Origin: an uncultured Lachnospiraceae bacterium
GTDB taxonomy: Bacteria > Bacillota > Clostridia > Lachnospirales > Lachnospiraceae
Reading direction: 5' to 3'
DNA: 64,000 bases
Assembly: GCA_903789615.1 (NCBI GenBank)
Contig: CAIFEV010000009.1
Span: 3,296-67,295 of the forward strand
Position numbers and translations under genes: made by a program
The notes under the pieces: generated by a model
The model's database searches: none
Told to the model about the DNA's origin: nothing
What the model saw: only the letters and a program-made list of their open reading frames with translations
Part shown: in pieces, positions 19,229 to 29,639 of the stretch
Layout of the letters: every line of letters begins with the position of its first letter
Position numbering within the stretch: the stretch's first letter is position 1

Positions 19229-20398
19229 ATGAATGCTTTACTTGCAATGACGATCATCTTCCTGGTCTTTGCATTCGGGGATCTGGTTGCCACGAAGACC
19301 AAGGCGATTGTATCGAGCATGCTCGCGTGCGCCATTGTCTTCATGATCTGGTTCTGGGCCGGCGCACCGGCAACGATTTTCACCGATTCCGGGCTGATGT
19401 CCTTTGCGACCGTCACGATCGGCATGTTCCTTGTGCATATCGGAAGCACAATCAAGCTGAAGGATCTCATCACGGAGTGGAAGACCGTTGTGATTTCGCT
19501 CATCTCGACACTCCTGATCGCGTTCGGCGTGTACTTCATCGGACAGTTCATCATCGACCGGTATTACGCACTGGTTGGCGGTCCGACGATTGCCGGCGGC
19601 ATGGTGGCGTATCTCGTAATCAAGGGAGTCGGCGATATTGTCGGCCGCGATGATGTTGCGGTCTTCGCGCTGATGGTCATCTCCCTTCAGGCACTGGCCG
19701 GGATTCCGATCGCCTCGCAGCTGTGCAAGAAGGAAGGCACGCGGATCCTGCAGGACTGGAAGGACGGAAAGTACATTCCTCCGGCAGAACCGGCGGATAA
19801 ACCGGGGCTGTTCGGGAATTTCAAGATCTTCCCGTCGGTACCGGAAAAGTACAACAGTGCGAATTTCATCCTCTTCAAGACAGCGCTCCTGGCGCTTGCC
19901 GGACTGTACCTGGGCAAAATCACGCCGGTCAACCAGCTGATTTACTGCCTGATCTTCGGTATTCTCTTCCATGAACTGGGCTTCCTGGATGAGGCGTGCC
20001 TGACCAAGTCGAACGGTTTTACATTTGTCATGGCGGGCGCGATGTGCACGGTATTTGCGGGACTTGCCAACACGACACCGCAGGTAGTTCTCTCGATGCT
20101 TCCGAGTCTGCTGGTCGTCATCGCTCTGGGCCTTGCGATCGGTTTTGTTGTATCGGTTGCGGTCGGGCGGATCGTGCACCTTGGCTGGAGGATGTCCTTC
20201 GCGATCGCCGTGACGGCGCTGATCGGATTCCCGGGCACATTCATCCTGTCCCGCGAGGTTTCCGATGCAGTCGGAAAGGATGAGGAAGAGGTGCATGTCG
20301 TGATGGACTATATCATGCCGAAGATGATCATCGGCGGCATCGTGTCCGTGTCGGTCGTATCCGGTATCGCAGCAGGCATTATGCTCAACTGGATTTGA
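19229..20398 (+). CDS. Polytopic membrane protein, putative transporter of unknown specificity
   Basis: About 390 aa and highly hydrophobic throughout. ATG at 19229 lies 6 nt after GGAGGA. I do not recognise the family. Confidence 0.65.
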   Translation: MNALLAMTIIFLVFAFGDLVATKTKAIVSSMLACAIVFMIWFWAGAPATIFTDSGLMSFATVTIGMFLVHIGSTIKLKDLITEWKTVVISLISTLLIAFGVYFIGQFIIDRYYALVGGPTIAGGMVAYLVIKGVGDIVGRDDVAVFALMVISLQALAGIPIASQLCKKEGTRILQDWKDGKYIPPAEPADKPGLFGNFKIFPSVPEKYNSANFILFKTALLALAGLYLGKITPVNQLIYCLIFGILFHELGFLDEACLTKSNGFTFVMAGAMCTVFAGLANTTPQVVLSMLPSLLVVIALGLAIGFVVSVAVGRIVHLGWRMSFAIAVTALIGFPGTFILSREVSDAVGKDEEEVHVVMDYIMPKMIIGGIVSVSVVSGIAAGIMLNWI

Positions 20399-20444
20399 AT
20401 AATTCGTGCTTTTTTGAATCGGATGTGCTACAATACCGGCATAT

Positions 20445-20517
20445 CGGGATGTAGCGCAGGTGGTAGCGCGCTTGACTGGGGGTCAAGAGGCCGCAGGTTC
20501 AAGTCCTGTCATTCCGA
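20445..20517 (+). tRNA. tRNA-Pro (anticodon GGG)
   Basis: The cloverleaf was drawn by hand. The acceptor stem is CGGGAUG/CAUUCCG with one G-U pair. The anticodon arm is CUUGA-CUGGGGG-UCAAG and the T-loop is GGUUCAAGUCC. No CCA is encoded. Confidence 0.85.
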
Positions 20518-20618
20518 TTCAAGGCATTTGAGGCAGCGGTGCCGTGCAGGTGGCCGCCGCCTTTTTTATTCGGATTTTGCCGTGAGCTGCTGGGGCAGAA
20601 TCCGTGAGGACACGGGCT

Positions 20619-21944
20619 ATGCTGGCAAGATATTTCGGGAAACTCACATCGTCACAGATTATCATGGGCAGCTTTGCCGCCATGATTCTTGTGGGAAGTC
20701 TGCTGCTTATGCTTCCGGTATCCAGTGCGGCGAGGACCGTTACGCCGTGGCTGGACTGTCTGTTCACTTCAACGTCAGCAGCCTGCGTGACGGGACTTGT
20801 TGTGTACGATACAGCCACGCATTGGAGCCTTTTCGGACAATTTGTCATCATGATTCTGATCCAGATCGGCGGTCTGGGCGTCTTCACGATTGCATTTCTC
20901 TTAAGCGTGTTAATGGGAAGCCGCATTTCCCTTCGGCAGCGCGGTATTCTGCGGGACTCGATATCCGCGCAGACGGTCGGCGGCATCATCCGCCTGTCGA
21001 TTTTCCTGATCCGCTGGGTATTTATCTTTGAGGCGGCCGGTGCGCTTGCCCTTATGCCGGTGATGATCCGGGATTTCGGTTGGGCGCGCGGAATCTGGTA
21101 TGGCATCTTTCACTCGGTCTCGGCATTCTGCAACGCCGGATTTGACCTGATGGGTGTGCGCGAGCCGTTTTCGTCTCTGACTGCCTATCAGGCGGACCCG
21201 GTTGTCAACATCACCATCATGGCACTGATCGTCATCGGCGGCCTCGGTTTCTATGTCTGGAAGGATATATCAGATACCCGTTTCCGGTTCAGCCGTTTTT
21301 CCCTGCAGACGAAGATCGTGCTGATCACCACCTGTATTCTGATCGTACTGCCCGGAATCTGGCTCACGCTGACAGAGTACGCAGATCTGCCGCTTCCGGA
21401 GGCAGTTCTCTCCGGCTTCTTTCAGTCTGTGACGACCCGGACGGCCGGCTTTAACACAGCAGACCTCACGCAGCTTCAGGAGGACAACAAACTGCTGATG
21501 ATCGTCCTGATGCTCATCGGAGGCTCACCGGGGTCTACAGCCGGCGGTATGAAGACGACTACCGTGGCGGTGATGATTCTGACAATGTTTACCGTATTCG
21601 GCCGGAAGCAGAATGTTTCGGTTTTTCACCGGCGGATATCCCGGGACACTGTGCGCACGGCTTCGGCGATCATGACCATGTATCTGACGCTGTTCCTGCT
21701 CTCATCCGGCATCATCAGCCGGATTGAGCACGTTCCGCTTCTGTCGGCGGCGTTTGAGACGGCGTCTGCCCTCGGCACGGTCGGACTGACGCTGGGGCTG
21801 ACGCCGACACTCGGCACAGTATCACATCTGATTCTGATTTTTCTGATGTACACAGGACGCGTCGGCGGACTGACAATTCTGTATGCGGCAATACGGGAGG
21901 GAACAAGTCTGCGTTATCCGGAGGAGCCGGTTAGTGTAGGCTGA
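20619..21944 (+). CDS. TrkH/KtrB-family potassium uptake membrane subunit
   Basis: It has repeated pore-loop-like segments (GGLG, TAGFN, GGSPGSTAGGMKTTT). ATG at 20619 lies 8 nt after GAGGA. Confidence 0.88.
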   Translation: MLARYFGKLTSSQIIMGSFAAMILVGSLLLMLPVSSAARTVTPWLDCLFTSTSAACVTGLVVYDTATHWSLFGQFVIMILIQIGGLGVFTIAFLLSVLMGSRISLRQRGILRDSISAQTVGGIIRLSIFLIRWVFIFEAAGALALMPVMIRDFGWARGIWYGIFHSVSAFCNAGFDLMGVREPFSSLTAYQADPVVNITIMALIVIGGLGFYVWKDISDTRFRFSRFSLQTKIVLITTCILIVLPGIWLTLTEYADLPLPEAVLSGFFQSVTTRTAGFNTADLTQLQEDNKLLMIVLMLIGGSPGSTAGGMKTTTVAVMILTMFTVFGRKQNVSVFHRRISRDTVRTASAIMTMYLTLFLLSSGIISRIEHVPLLSAAFETASALGTVGLTLGLTPTLGTVSHLILIFLMYTGRVGGLTILYAAIREGTSLRYPEEPVSVG

Positions 21945-21962
21945 TTCATATTGGGAGGAAAT

Positions 21963-22610
21963 ATGAAGAAAAACATTCTGTTAATCGGCGCGGGCGGGTT
22001 CGGCACCCGGATTGCGAAAAAGCTTTCCGAGATGGACCAGCAGGTCATGGTCGTGGATGAAGACGAGGAGCGGATAAGCGAGTGCATGCACTTCGCGACC
22101 AATGCTGTGATCGGCGACGCCTCAAAGCCGGAGTTTCTGAAGGCCATCGGTGTCGGGGACTTTGATCTGTGCATCGTGGCAATCGGGGACGATTTCCAGA
22201 GTTCGATGGAGGTCACGGCGAAGCTCAAGGACTGCGGGGCAAAATTCGTCGTGTCGCGTGCGGTCACGGACGTGCAGGAGGAACTGCTGCTTCGGATCGG
22301 AGCGGACCGGGTTGTGTTCCCCGAGAAGTTCGTGGCGGAATGGACGGCGTTCCGTTACGGCACGGAGCACGTCTTTGATTACTTCGCCATCGACCGCAAA
22401 ACGGCGCTCATCGAGATCGAGATGCCGCCGAAGTGGGTTGGAAAGACGCTTCGGGAACTGGATGTGCGCAGGCGTTTCAACATCAACGTGGTTGGAATCC
22501 GCGAGAACGGCGCCATCCGGCTGCAGCTTGACCCGGACACACCGCTGACCGGCGGCCGCACGATCCTGGTAATCGGAAATACGGCCGATGTCGACCGCTG
22601 CTACCACTGA
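21963..22610 (+). CDS. TrkA/KtrA-family potassium uptake regulatory subunit (RCK domain)
   Basis: MKKNILLIGAGGFGTRIA is a Rossmann motif and the size is about 215 aa. ATG at 21963 follows GGGAGGAAAT. Confidence 0.88.
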   Translation: MKKNILLIGAGGFGTRIAKKLSEMDQQVMVVDEDEERISECMHFATNAVIGDASKPEFLKAIGVGDFDLCIVAIGDDFQSSMEVTAKLKDCGAKFVVSRAVTDVQEELLLRIGADRVVFPEKFVAEWTAFRYGTEHVFDYFAIDRKTALIEIEMPPKWVGKTLRELDVRRRFNINVVGIRENGAIRLQLDPDTPLTGGRTILVIGNTADVDRCYH

Positions 22611-22624
22611 CGGGAGATTCTGAT

Positions 22625-23848
22625 ATGAAAATCACAAGAGACGAACTGGAAAAGAAGGATCTGTTCCGGAGATTTTTCCGGTATGTGGAAACGGACACGC
22701 AGTCCAGCGAGACAAGCGGCCTTCATCCGTCCACGGAAAAGCAGAAAAATCTCGCGAAGATACTCGTGGACGAGCTTCAGAAGATGGGGATCGGCGCTGT
22801 GACGTACGATGAGGAGCACGGCTATGTGTACGCGAAACTGCCGGGCAGCGGGAGCGGAAAAGGCAGGAAGGCACTGGGCTTTATCGCCCATATGGACACC
22901 TCGCCGGCCGTGACGGACACAAACGTGAAGATCCGGGTCATTCCGTCCTACAGCGATACGGATCCGTACCTGAAGATTCAGGATTTTCCGGAACTTGCCG
23001 GACACATCGGCGAGGCGCTCATCGCGACGGACACGACGACGCTTCTGGGGGCCGACGACAAGGCCGGTGTCGCGGAAATCATGAGCATGCTGGGCTGGTT
23101 CTGTGAACATCCGGAAGTTCCGCACCGCCCGGTGTGCGTGGCGTTTACACCGGACGAAGAGATCGGCGGCGGTCCGGAATTCTTTGACCTTAAGGCATTT
23201 GCCGCGCCGGAGGCCTATACGGTTGACGGCGGGAAATACGGCATCGTGGAATATGAAAATTTCAACGCGGCCGGTGCCGAAGTGAAGATTCACGGCCGGA
23301 GTGTCCACCCGGGCGACGCAAAGGGCAGAATGGTCAATGCTTCCCTGCTCGCGCTTGAATTTGCCGGACAGATGCCGGAGGATGAGCGCCCGGAGACCAC
23401 GGAAGGGTATCAGGGCTTCTACATGCTGGAGGATATGCGCGGAGAGGTCGAAGAGGCGCTTCTTCACATCATCGTTCGGGATCATGACAGAGAGCGTTTT
23501 GAAAAGCGCAAGGAAAGACTTCAGGCCATCGCGGCGGACATGAACGAGAAATACGGCGCCGGGACAGTGGAACTCACGGTGAAAGACCAGTACTACAACA
23601 TGGCGTCGGTGATGAAGGACCACATGGACCTCATCGACAACGCGTTTGAGGCGATCCGCGCACAGGGCGGAAAACCGCAGGCACTTCCGATCCGGGGCGG
23701 CACGGACGGCGCGACGCTTTCATTCCGCGGTCTTCCATGCCCGAACCTGTGCACCGGCGGCTACAATTATCACAGCCGCTACGAGTACGCCAGCGTTCCG
23801 GAGATGGAGAAGTGCCGGGATCTGCTGATCCGGCTGGCAGAGATGTGA
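22625..23848 (+). CDS. pepT: Peptidase T (tripeptide aminopeptidase)
   Basis: FFRYVETDTQS...STEKQ and FIAHMDTSP are typical PepT blocks. Length is 407 aa. Confidence 0.88.
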   Translation: MKITRDELEKKDLFRRFFRYVETDTQSSETSGLHPSTEKQKNLAKILVDELQKMGIGAVTYDEEHGYVYAKLPGSGSGKGRKALGFIAHMDTSPAVTDTNVKIRVIPSYSDTDPYLKIQDFPELAGHIGEALIATDTTTLLGADDKAGVAEIMSMLGWFCEHPEVPHRPVCVAFTPDEEIGGGPEFFDLKAFAAPEAYTVDGGKYGIVEYENFNAAGAEVKIHGRSVHPGDAKGRMVNASLLALEFAGQMPEDERPETTEGYQGFYMLEDMRGEVEEALLHIIVRDHDRERFEKRKERLQAIAADMNEKYGAGTVELTVKDQYYNMASVMKDHMDLIDNAFEAIRAQGGKPQALPIRGGTDGATLSFRGLPCPNLCTGGYNYHSRYEYASVPEMEKCRDLLIRLAEM

Positions 23849-23859
23849 GTAAAAAAATA

Positions 23860-23940
23860 TGCGGGCAACAGGACTTGAACCTGCACCCTCGCCGGACCAG
23901 AACCTAAATCTGGCGCGTCTGCCAATTCCGCCATGCCCGC
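23860..23940 (-). tRNA. tRNA-Leu (anticodon UAG)
   Basis: The reverse complement is GCGGGCAUGGCGGAAUUGGCAGACGCGCCAGAUUUAGGUUCUGG...GGUUCAAGUCCUGUUGCCCGCA. It has a long variable arm and anticodon loop UUUAGGU. Confidence 0.85.
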
Positions 23941-24025
23941 ATGCTAAGATTCTACCACAAAACCGACCTGACGGTAAACCATCAGCGGCGCAAATACAGT
24001 ATAATGGGGAGCACGGAGGCACCCC

Positions 24026-24910
24026 ATGGGAAAAAAGAAAACACAAAACCCGCTCCTTGTCGGAATTGCGCTGGTCATCGCCGATTCCTTTTTCTTTTCG
24101 CTGATGACGGTCATGGTGCGCCTTTCGGGCGACCTTCCGACAATGGAGAAGGCTTTTTTTCGAAATGCCATAGCGTCTGTCGTGGCGGTCGCCGCGCTGG
24201 CAAGATCACAGGAAAAATTTTCGATTCGGAAAGGGTCGCTTCCGGATCTCTTTAAGAGGGCGGTCTTCGGCACGATCGGACTGTGCTTCAATTTCTGGGC
24301 TGTTGATCACATCGGCCTTGCGGACGCGAACATATTGAACAAGATGTCGCCGTTCTTCGCGATGGTCTTTTCCGTCTGGATTCTGAGAGAAGTGCCGGAC
24401 GCGTTTGAGGTGCTGACGCTTATCGCCGCATTTGCCGGGGCGGCTTTTGTTGTGAAGCCGACGTTCGGGGCAGGCATGCTGCCGGCTCTGGTCGGGCTGA
24501 TGAGTGGGTGCGGCGCCGGCATCGCCTATACGTACGTGCGCAGACTCGGGCAGAAAGGCGAGAGAGGACCGGTCATCGTCGCTTATTTTTCGGTTTTCTC
24601 GTGCCTGGTCACGCTTCCCTTTCTCATCCGTGATTTCAAGCCGATGAGCGCCGGTCAGCTGATCTGTCTTCTGCTCGCAGGTGTATTCGCGGCGGGCGGC
24701 CAGTTCACCGTCACGGCGGCCTACCGGTTCGCGCCGGCAAAAACAATATCCGTATTTGATTACTCGCAGGTCCTCTTTGCCTCGCTGTGGGGCTTTCTGC
24801 TGTTTGACGAGCTGCCGGACCACTGGTCTGTCGCCGGGTATGTCATCATCATCAGTATGGCTGTCCTCAAGTGGCTTTACACGCTGAAGCAGGGCCGCAG
24901 GGCGGACTGA
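24026..24910 (+). CDS. DMT-superfamily (EamA-like) transporter
   Basis: 294 aa with about 10 TM segments in two EamA-like halves. Confidence 0.8.
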   Translation: MGKKKTQNPLLVGIALVIADSFFFSLMTVMVRLSGDLPTMEKAFFRNAIASVVAVAALARSQEKFSIRKGSLPDLFKRAVFGTIGLCFNFWAVDHIGLADANILNKMSPFFAMVFSVWILREVPDAFEVLTLIAAFAGAAFVVKPTFGAGMLPALVGLMSGCGAGIAYTYVRRLGQKGERGPVIVAYFSVFSCLVTLPFLIRDFKPMSAGQLICLLLAGVFAAGGQFTVTAAYRFAPAKTISVFDYSQVLFASLWGFLLFDELPDHWSVAGYVIIISMAVLKWLYTLKQGRRAD

Positions 24911-25002
24911 AGAGGACGAGTCCGCCCGTGTGTCTTGTGTTTTGCGGGTGAGTAGCATAAAATGCTTTTTGATATACGTCAAAAGAATACGGCAGGTGGA
25001 CG

Positions 25003-25896
25003 ATGCGCTATACAATACAAAATGAAAAACTGACGGCTGTCATCGACAGTCACGGCTTTGAACTGGTGTCACTTGTTAGAAATTCAGACGGTTCGGAACT
25101 GATCTGGCAGGCGGACCCGTCCGTTTGGAAACGGCACGCGCCGGTACTTTTTCCGGCCGTGGGAAGGCTCGCGGGTGACCAGTACCGTTTCCGCGGACAG
25201 GTATACGAAATGCACCAGCACGGATTTGCCAGGGACAAGGAGTTCAGCCTGGTAAAGCAGGAGGCGGACCGGGTTACCGGACAGCTCCTGGCAGGTGAAG
25301 AAACAAGGAAGGTCTATCCCTTTGACTTTGCGCTGCAGTGCGGCTTTGCGCTTGAAGGAGACACCCTGTGTGTGAGCTGGAGCGTGACCAATGAAGGCAA
25401 AAGCGATATGTATTTCAGCATCGGCGCGCATCCGGCATTTGTCCCGGAAGAGGGGGGTACATGCGCCGGCGGCAGCTTTTTCCTGGAGACGGAAAACGGG
25501 CCGATGCAGGAACTGCATTATCAGCTGCTTGACGGCGGGCGTGTGGCTGACAAGGTGTATACAAAGAAGCTCACCGACGGGAGGCTGCCGATTGATGAGG
25601 CGCTGTTTGAAAACGACGCGCTGATCATTGAGACGGACCAGCCGGAAGGAAGACTTCAGAGTATCACTCTGCTGACGGCGGAGGGAGCGCGGGTGGCGCT
25701 TGAGACGCAGGCACCGGTGCTCGGACTATGGGGTGTTTCAAAGGCGCATCTGCCGTTTGTGTGCATTGAGCCGTGGTATGGCCGGGCTGACGGTGTCGGT
25801 TTTGAAGGAGACCTGACGGAGAGAACGTTCGGAAACAGGCTCGCGGCGGGAGAAAACTTTAAGAAAGAATACACGATCAGCGTGCCGAACGCCTGA
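25003..25896 (+). CDS. Aldose 1-epimerase (galactose mutarotase-like) family protein
   Basis: The blocks WKRHAPVLFPAVGRL, HGFARD, IGAHPAF and EPWYG are typical of this fold. Confidence 0.8.
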   Translation: MRYTIQNEKLTAVIDSHGFELVSLVRNSDGSELIWQADPSVWKRHAPVLFPAVGRLAGDQYRFRGQVYEMHQHGFARDKEFSLVKQEADRVTGQLLAGEETRKVYPFDFALQCGFALEGDTLCVSWSVTNEGKSDMYFSIGAHPAFVPEEGGTCAGGSFFLETENGPMQELHYQLLDGGRVADKVYTKKLTDGRLPIDEALFENDALIIETDQPEGRLQSITLLTAEGARVALETQAPVLGLWGVSKAHLPFVCIEPWYGRADGVGFEGDLTERTFGNRLAAGENFKKEYTISVPNA

Positions 25897-25938
25897 AGGC
25901 GGGCGGAGCTGTTTCAAAGGAAAGGATTTTTGACATTT

Positions 25939-27618
25939 ATGCTGACAGAAGAGGAGAACAGAAAACTGGCGGATATTCTTTTTCCGGATGTAGATAAGAC
26001 ACCGGAATACTGGGAGAAAAAATATCCGTACAGAAAGCTGGCGAAGAAAGCGGAAGTGACGAGAATGGCGCCGAGCCCGACAGGATTTATCCATCTGGGC
26101 AATCTGTACAGCGCACTCGCGGATGAGCGGATCGCACACCGCCACGGCGGCGTGTTCTATCTGCGGATCGAAGACACGGATGCAAAGCGCAAAGTCGAGG
26201 GCGCGGTGGAGCTGGTCATCAACGCCATGCGCTACTTTGACATCGAGTTTGACGAGGGAGCGGGACTTCCAGACGATGATCCGCGCAACGCCTACGGCCC
26301 GTATTTCCAGAGGCAGAGGGTGGAGATCTATCATACATTTGCCAGGTCGCTTGTGGAGCGGGGACTGGCGTATCCGTGCTTCTCGACGGAAGAGGAGCTG
26401 GACGCGGTCCGCAGGAAACAGGAGGCGAAGGAAGAGCCGATCGGCTGTTACGGCAAATATGCGCTCTGGAGAGACCGGAGTCTTGCCGAGTACGAAGAAG
26501 CGCTGAAGTCCGGGAAGGAGCACGTGCTGCGTCTGAGAAGTCAGGGAACGCCGGGGAAGGAATTCGTCTTCCACGACGAGATCAAGGGCGATCTGACACT
26601 GCCGGAGAATTTCCACGACATCGTACTGCTCAAGAGCGACGGAATCCCGACATATCACTTCGCGCACGCCATCGACGACCATCTGATGCGCACGACGCTG
26701 GTGATCCGTGGCGGTGAGTGGCTGGATTCGGCGCCGACGCACGTGGAGCTGTTTCAGGTCCTCGGGTTTAAGCTGCCGAAGTACGCACACACGGCGCATC
26801 TGATGAAGTTCGACGAGGTGACGGGCGGCAAGCGCAAGCTCTCCAAGAGAAAGGACCCGGAGCTGTCGCTGGATTATTACCGCAAAGACGGGTATCACCC
26901 GTATTGCATGAAGGTGTATCTCCTGACGCTGCTCAACTCGAACTTCGAGGAGTGGCACAACCAGAACCCGGACAAGGACATAAACGAATTCCCGTTTGAT
27001 GTGAAGAACATGAGCAAGTCCGGCGCGCTCTTTGACAAGGACAAGCTGCACAACATCTGCAAAAATGAGCTTTCCCGTCTCTCAGAGGACGAGGTGTACG
27101 ATTTTCTGGAAGGCTGGGCGAGGGAGTTTGAGCCGGAAAAGGCAAAGTACTGGTTTGCGGACCCGGAGAAGCTCAAGGCCATTCTGCGGCTGTACATGGG
27201 CGTCGGCATGAAGCGGCGCCGCAAGGACCTGGTCAATGCCAGCCAGATTTTTTCCCTCATCGGGTATTTCTTCCCGCAGACCGGGGATACGGGCGGGAAG
27301 GATCCGTTTAGCGCGGACGCGGACACGGTGAAGCAGGTGCTTTCCGCGTACCTGGAAGGGTACTGCCATGATGACGACAACAGTGTGTGGTTTGAGAAGC
27401 TGAAGGCTCTTGCGGAGCGCTTCGGCTACTGCCCGGACGTGAAGACCTACCGGAAAAATCCGGAAAGCTACAAGGGCAGCGTTTCCGACATCGCTGAGAT
27501 GGTACGCATCGCGGTGACCGGGCGCGCCAACACGCCGGACCTGTGGTCCATCATTCACATCATGGGCGAGAAGAGCATGCGGGAGAGAATCCAGACGGCG
27601 CTTGACGGTCTTGCCTGA
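25939..27618 (+). CDS. gltX: Glutamate--tRNA ligase (class I, long GluRS-type)
   Basis: APSPTGFIHLGN is the HIGH region, RIEDTD is present, and KLSKRK is KMSKS-like. ATG at 25939 was chosen over TTG at 25930. Confidence 0.8.
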   Translation: MLTEEENRKLADILFPDVDKTPEYWEKKYPYRKLAKKAEVTRMAPSPTGFIHLGNLYSALADERIAHRHGGVFYLRIEDTDAKRKVEGAVELVINAMRYFDIEFDEGAGLPDDDPRNAYGPYFQRQRVEIYHTFARSLVERGLAYPCFSTEEELDAVRRKQEAKEEPIGCYGKYALWRDRSLAEYEEALKSGKEHVLRLRSQGTPGKEFVFHDEIKGDLTLPENFHDIVLLKSDGIPTYHFAHAIDDHLMRTTLVIRGGEWLDSAPTHVELFQVLGFKLPKYAHTAHLMKFDEVTGGKRKLSKRKDPELSLDYYRKDGYHPYCMKVYLLTLLNSNFEEWHNQNPDKDINEFPFDVKNMSKSGALFDKDKLHNICKNELSRLSEDEVYDFLEGWAREFEPEKAKYWFADPEKLKAILRLYMGVGMKRRRKDLVNASQIFSLIGYFFPQTGDTGGKDPFSADADTVKQVLSAYLEGYCHDDDNSVWFEKLKALAERFGYCPDVKTYRKNPESYKGSVSDIAEMVRIAVTGRANTPDLWSIIHIMGEKSMRERIQTALDGLA

Positions 27619-27678
27619 TCTGTTTACAGCTTTTTAAGCATGGCAGATGGCACAACGATCCCCTAGAAAGGAGAGGCT

Positions 27679-29004
27679 ATGTATTCGGAAGAAGATATTC
27701 TCAGGATGATCGAGGAGGAGGACGTCGAATTTATCCGCCTGCAGTTCACGGATATGTTCGGAGTTCTCAAGAATGTGGCTGTGACGGCCAGCCAGATGGC
27801 CCATGTCCTGAAGCACGGCTGCATGTTCGACGGCTCGTCCATCGACGGGTACGCCAGGGAAGAAGAGTCGGACATGTATCTGAAGCCGGATCTGGATACA
27901 TTTGTCATCTTTCCGTGGAGGCCGCAGGCCGGCAAGGTGGCGCGGCTCATCTGCAATGTGTACAAGCCGGACGGGACGCTGTTTGCGGGCGATCCGCGGC
28001 AGATTCTGCGGGCGCAGACGCAGCGGGCTGAGGCGCTCGGGTACACGTTTGACGTGGGGCCGGAGTGCGAGTTTTTCCTGTTCCACACGGACGAGGACGG
28101 ACAGCCGACAACAGACCCGGGGGACGATGGCGGATACTTTGACCTAGGACCGACGGATCTCGGGGAGAATGTGCGCCGGGATATCGTCATGAACCTCGAG
28201 AACATGGGCTATCAGGTGGAGGGATCGCACCACGAGACAGCACCGGGACAGCACGAGGTGGATTTCCGATACGGCGAGGCGCTTTCGATGGCCGACAAGA
28301 TCATGACGTTCAAGCTGGCGGTGAAGACGCTCGCGAGGCGGCACGGCCTGTGGGCAACGTTCATGCCGAAGCCGCGCAACGACTGCGCCGGCAGCGGCAT
28401 GCACATCAACATGTCGCTGATGAAGGGCGACCAGAACATCTTCGGTGACGCTGCGGATCCGGACGGGCTGTCTGAGACGGCAAGGCACTTCATGGCGGGC
28501 ATCATGGCGCACGCGCGCGGCATGGCGGCCATCACCAATCCGCTGGTCAACTCGTACAAGCGTTTTCAGCCGGGCTTTGAGGCGCCGATCTACATCGCCT
28601 GGGCCAGACAGAACCGCAGTCCGCTGGTGCGCATTCCGGCGGCCAGTGTGAGCAACACCCGCGTGGAGCTGCGCAGCGCCGATTCGGCGGCCAACCCCTA
28701 TCTGGCGCTGGCGGTGTGCCTGGCGGCGGGCCTTGACGGCATTGAGAAAAAGATGACGCCTCCGGATCCTATCACGGGCAATCCAAACAATATGACCGGC
28801 GAACAGAGAGCTGCAGCCGGCATCCGGCCGCTCCCGCTTTCCCTTGAGGAGGCGCTGGAGGAGATGGAGAAAGACAGCGTGGTGAAGGCCGCGCTGGGAG
28901 ACTACATCGCCGGCCGCTACATCCGCGCGAAGAAGCGGGAATGGAAGGAATACGCGCAGTACGTCTCCGACTGGGAGATAAACCGCTACCTCGGCAAATA
29001 CTGA
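27679..29004 (+). CDS. glnA: Glutamine synthetase, type I
   Basis: FIRLQFTDMFG, HHETAPGQHE and NPYLA blocks are present. RBS AAAGGAGAGG lies upstream. Confidence 0.92.
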   Translation: MYSEEDILRMIEEEDVEFIRLQFTDMFGVLKNVAVTASQMAHVLKHGCMFDGSSIDGYAREEESDMYLKPDLDTFVIFPWRPQAGKVARLICNVYKPDGTLFAGDPRQILRAQTQRAEALGYTFDVGPECEFFLFHTDEDGQPTTDPGDDGGYFDLGPTDLGENVRRDIVMNLENMGYQVEGSHHETAPGQHEVDFRYGEALSMADKIMTFKLAVKTLARRHGLWATFMPKPRNDCAGSGMHINMSLMKGDQNIFGDAADPDGLSETARHFMAGIMAHARGMAAITNPLVNSYKRFQPGFEAPIYIAWARQNRSPLVRIPAASVSNTRVELRSADSAANPYLALAVCLAAGLDGIEKKMTPPDPITGNPNNMTGEQRAAAGIRPLPLSLEEALEEMEKDSVVKAALGDYIAGRYIRAKKREWKEYAQYVSDWEINRYLGKY

Positions 29005-29026
29005 GCTTCCCGGAAAGGCGGAAAGG

Positions 29027-29572
29027 ATGGCTGTACTGATTGTGGCCTTTCCGAAGCTGGAGGAAGCGAAGGCGCTCAAGAATCTGCTGGTGAAAAGCGG
29101 ATATCAGGCGGAGGCCTGCACGAGCGGCGCACGCGCCGTGACGAGGGCCGACGCGCTTTCCGACGGGCTCATCATCTGCGGCTACCGGATGGGAGACGGT
29201 ATGCTCTTTTCGGAGCTCAACGACTACAAGCCGAAAAGCTTCGGACTTCTTGTGATCACGAGCGGCGTGCATGTTGAGGAGTGCGCCGCAGAAGGGGTTA
29301 TGAGCCTGAAGATGCCGCTCTCGGTCAGTGAGCTGACTGATACGGTGGATATGATGCTCTCCCAGCAGATCCGGATTCGGAAAAAGGCAAGGAATACCCC
29401 CAGGCAGCGCACGCCTGAGGAGCAGAAGATCATTGACGAGGCAAAGGCGCTTCTGATGGAGCACAACCACATGACCGAGCCGGAGGCATTCCGGTACATT
29501 CAGAAGTGCAGTATGGACAGCGGAAACACGCTGGTGGAATCCGCCAGGATGGTGATGTCTTTCCTCGGGTAA
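29027..29572 (+). CDS. ANTAR-domain RNA-binding regulator with pseudo-receiver N-domain
   Basis: The C-terminal KIIDEAKALLMEHNHMTEPEAFRYIQKCSMDSGNTLVESARMV is a typical ANTAR domain. The gene lies immediately downstream of glnA. Confidence 0.85.
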   Translation: MAVLIVAFPKLEEAKALKNLLVKSGYQAEACTSGARAVTRADALSDGLIICGYRMGDGMLFSELNDYKPKSFGLLVITSGVHVEECAAEGVMSLKMPLSVSELTDTVDMMLSQQIRIRKKARNTPRQRTPEEQKIIDEAKALLMEHNHMTEPEAFRYIQKCSMDSGNTLVESARMVMSFLG

Positions 29573-29639
29573 GACGCACAGCAAGGACCGGGGCGCCAGG
29601 CGGCAGGAACGTCCGGAAAAGCGGCAGGAGAAATGTAAG

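Noticed and set aside
20414-21031. 205-aa ORF overlapping tRNA-Pro and the 5' end of the TrkH-family gene.
   Set aside because: It overlaps a well-formed tRNA and an out-of-frame, motif-rich membrane protein gene. It is spurious.
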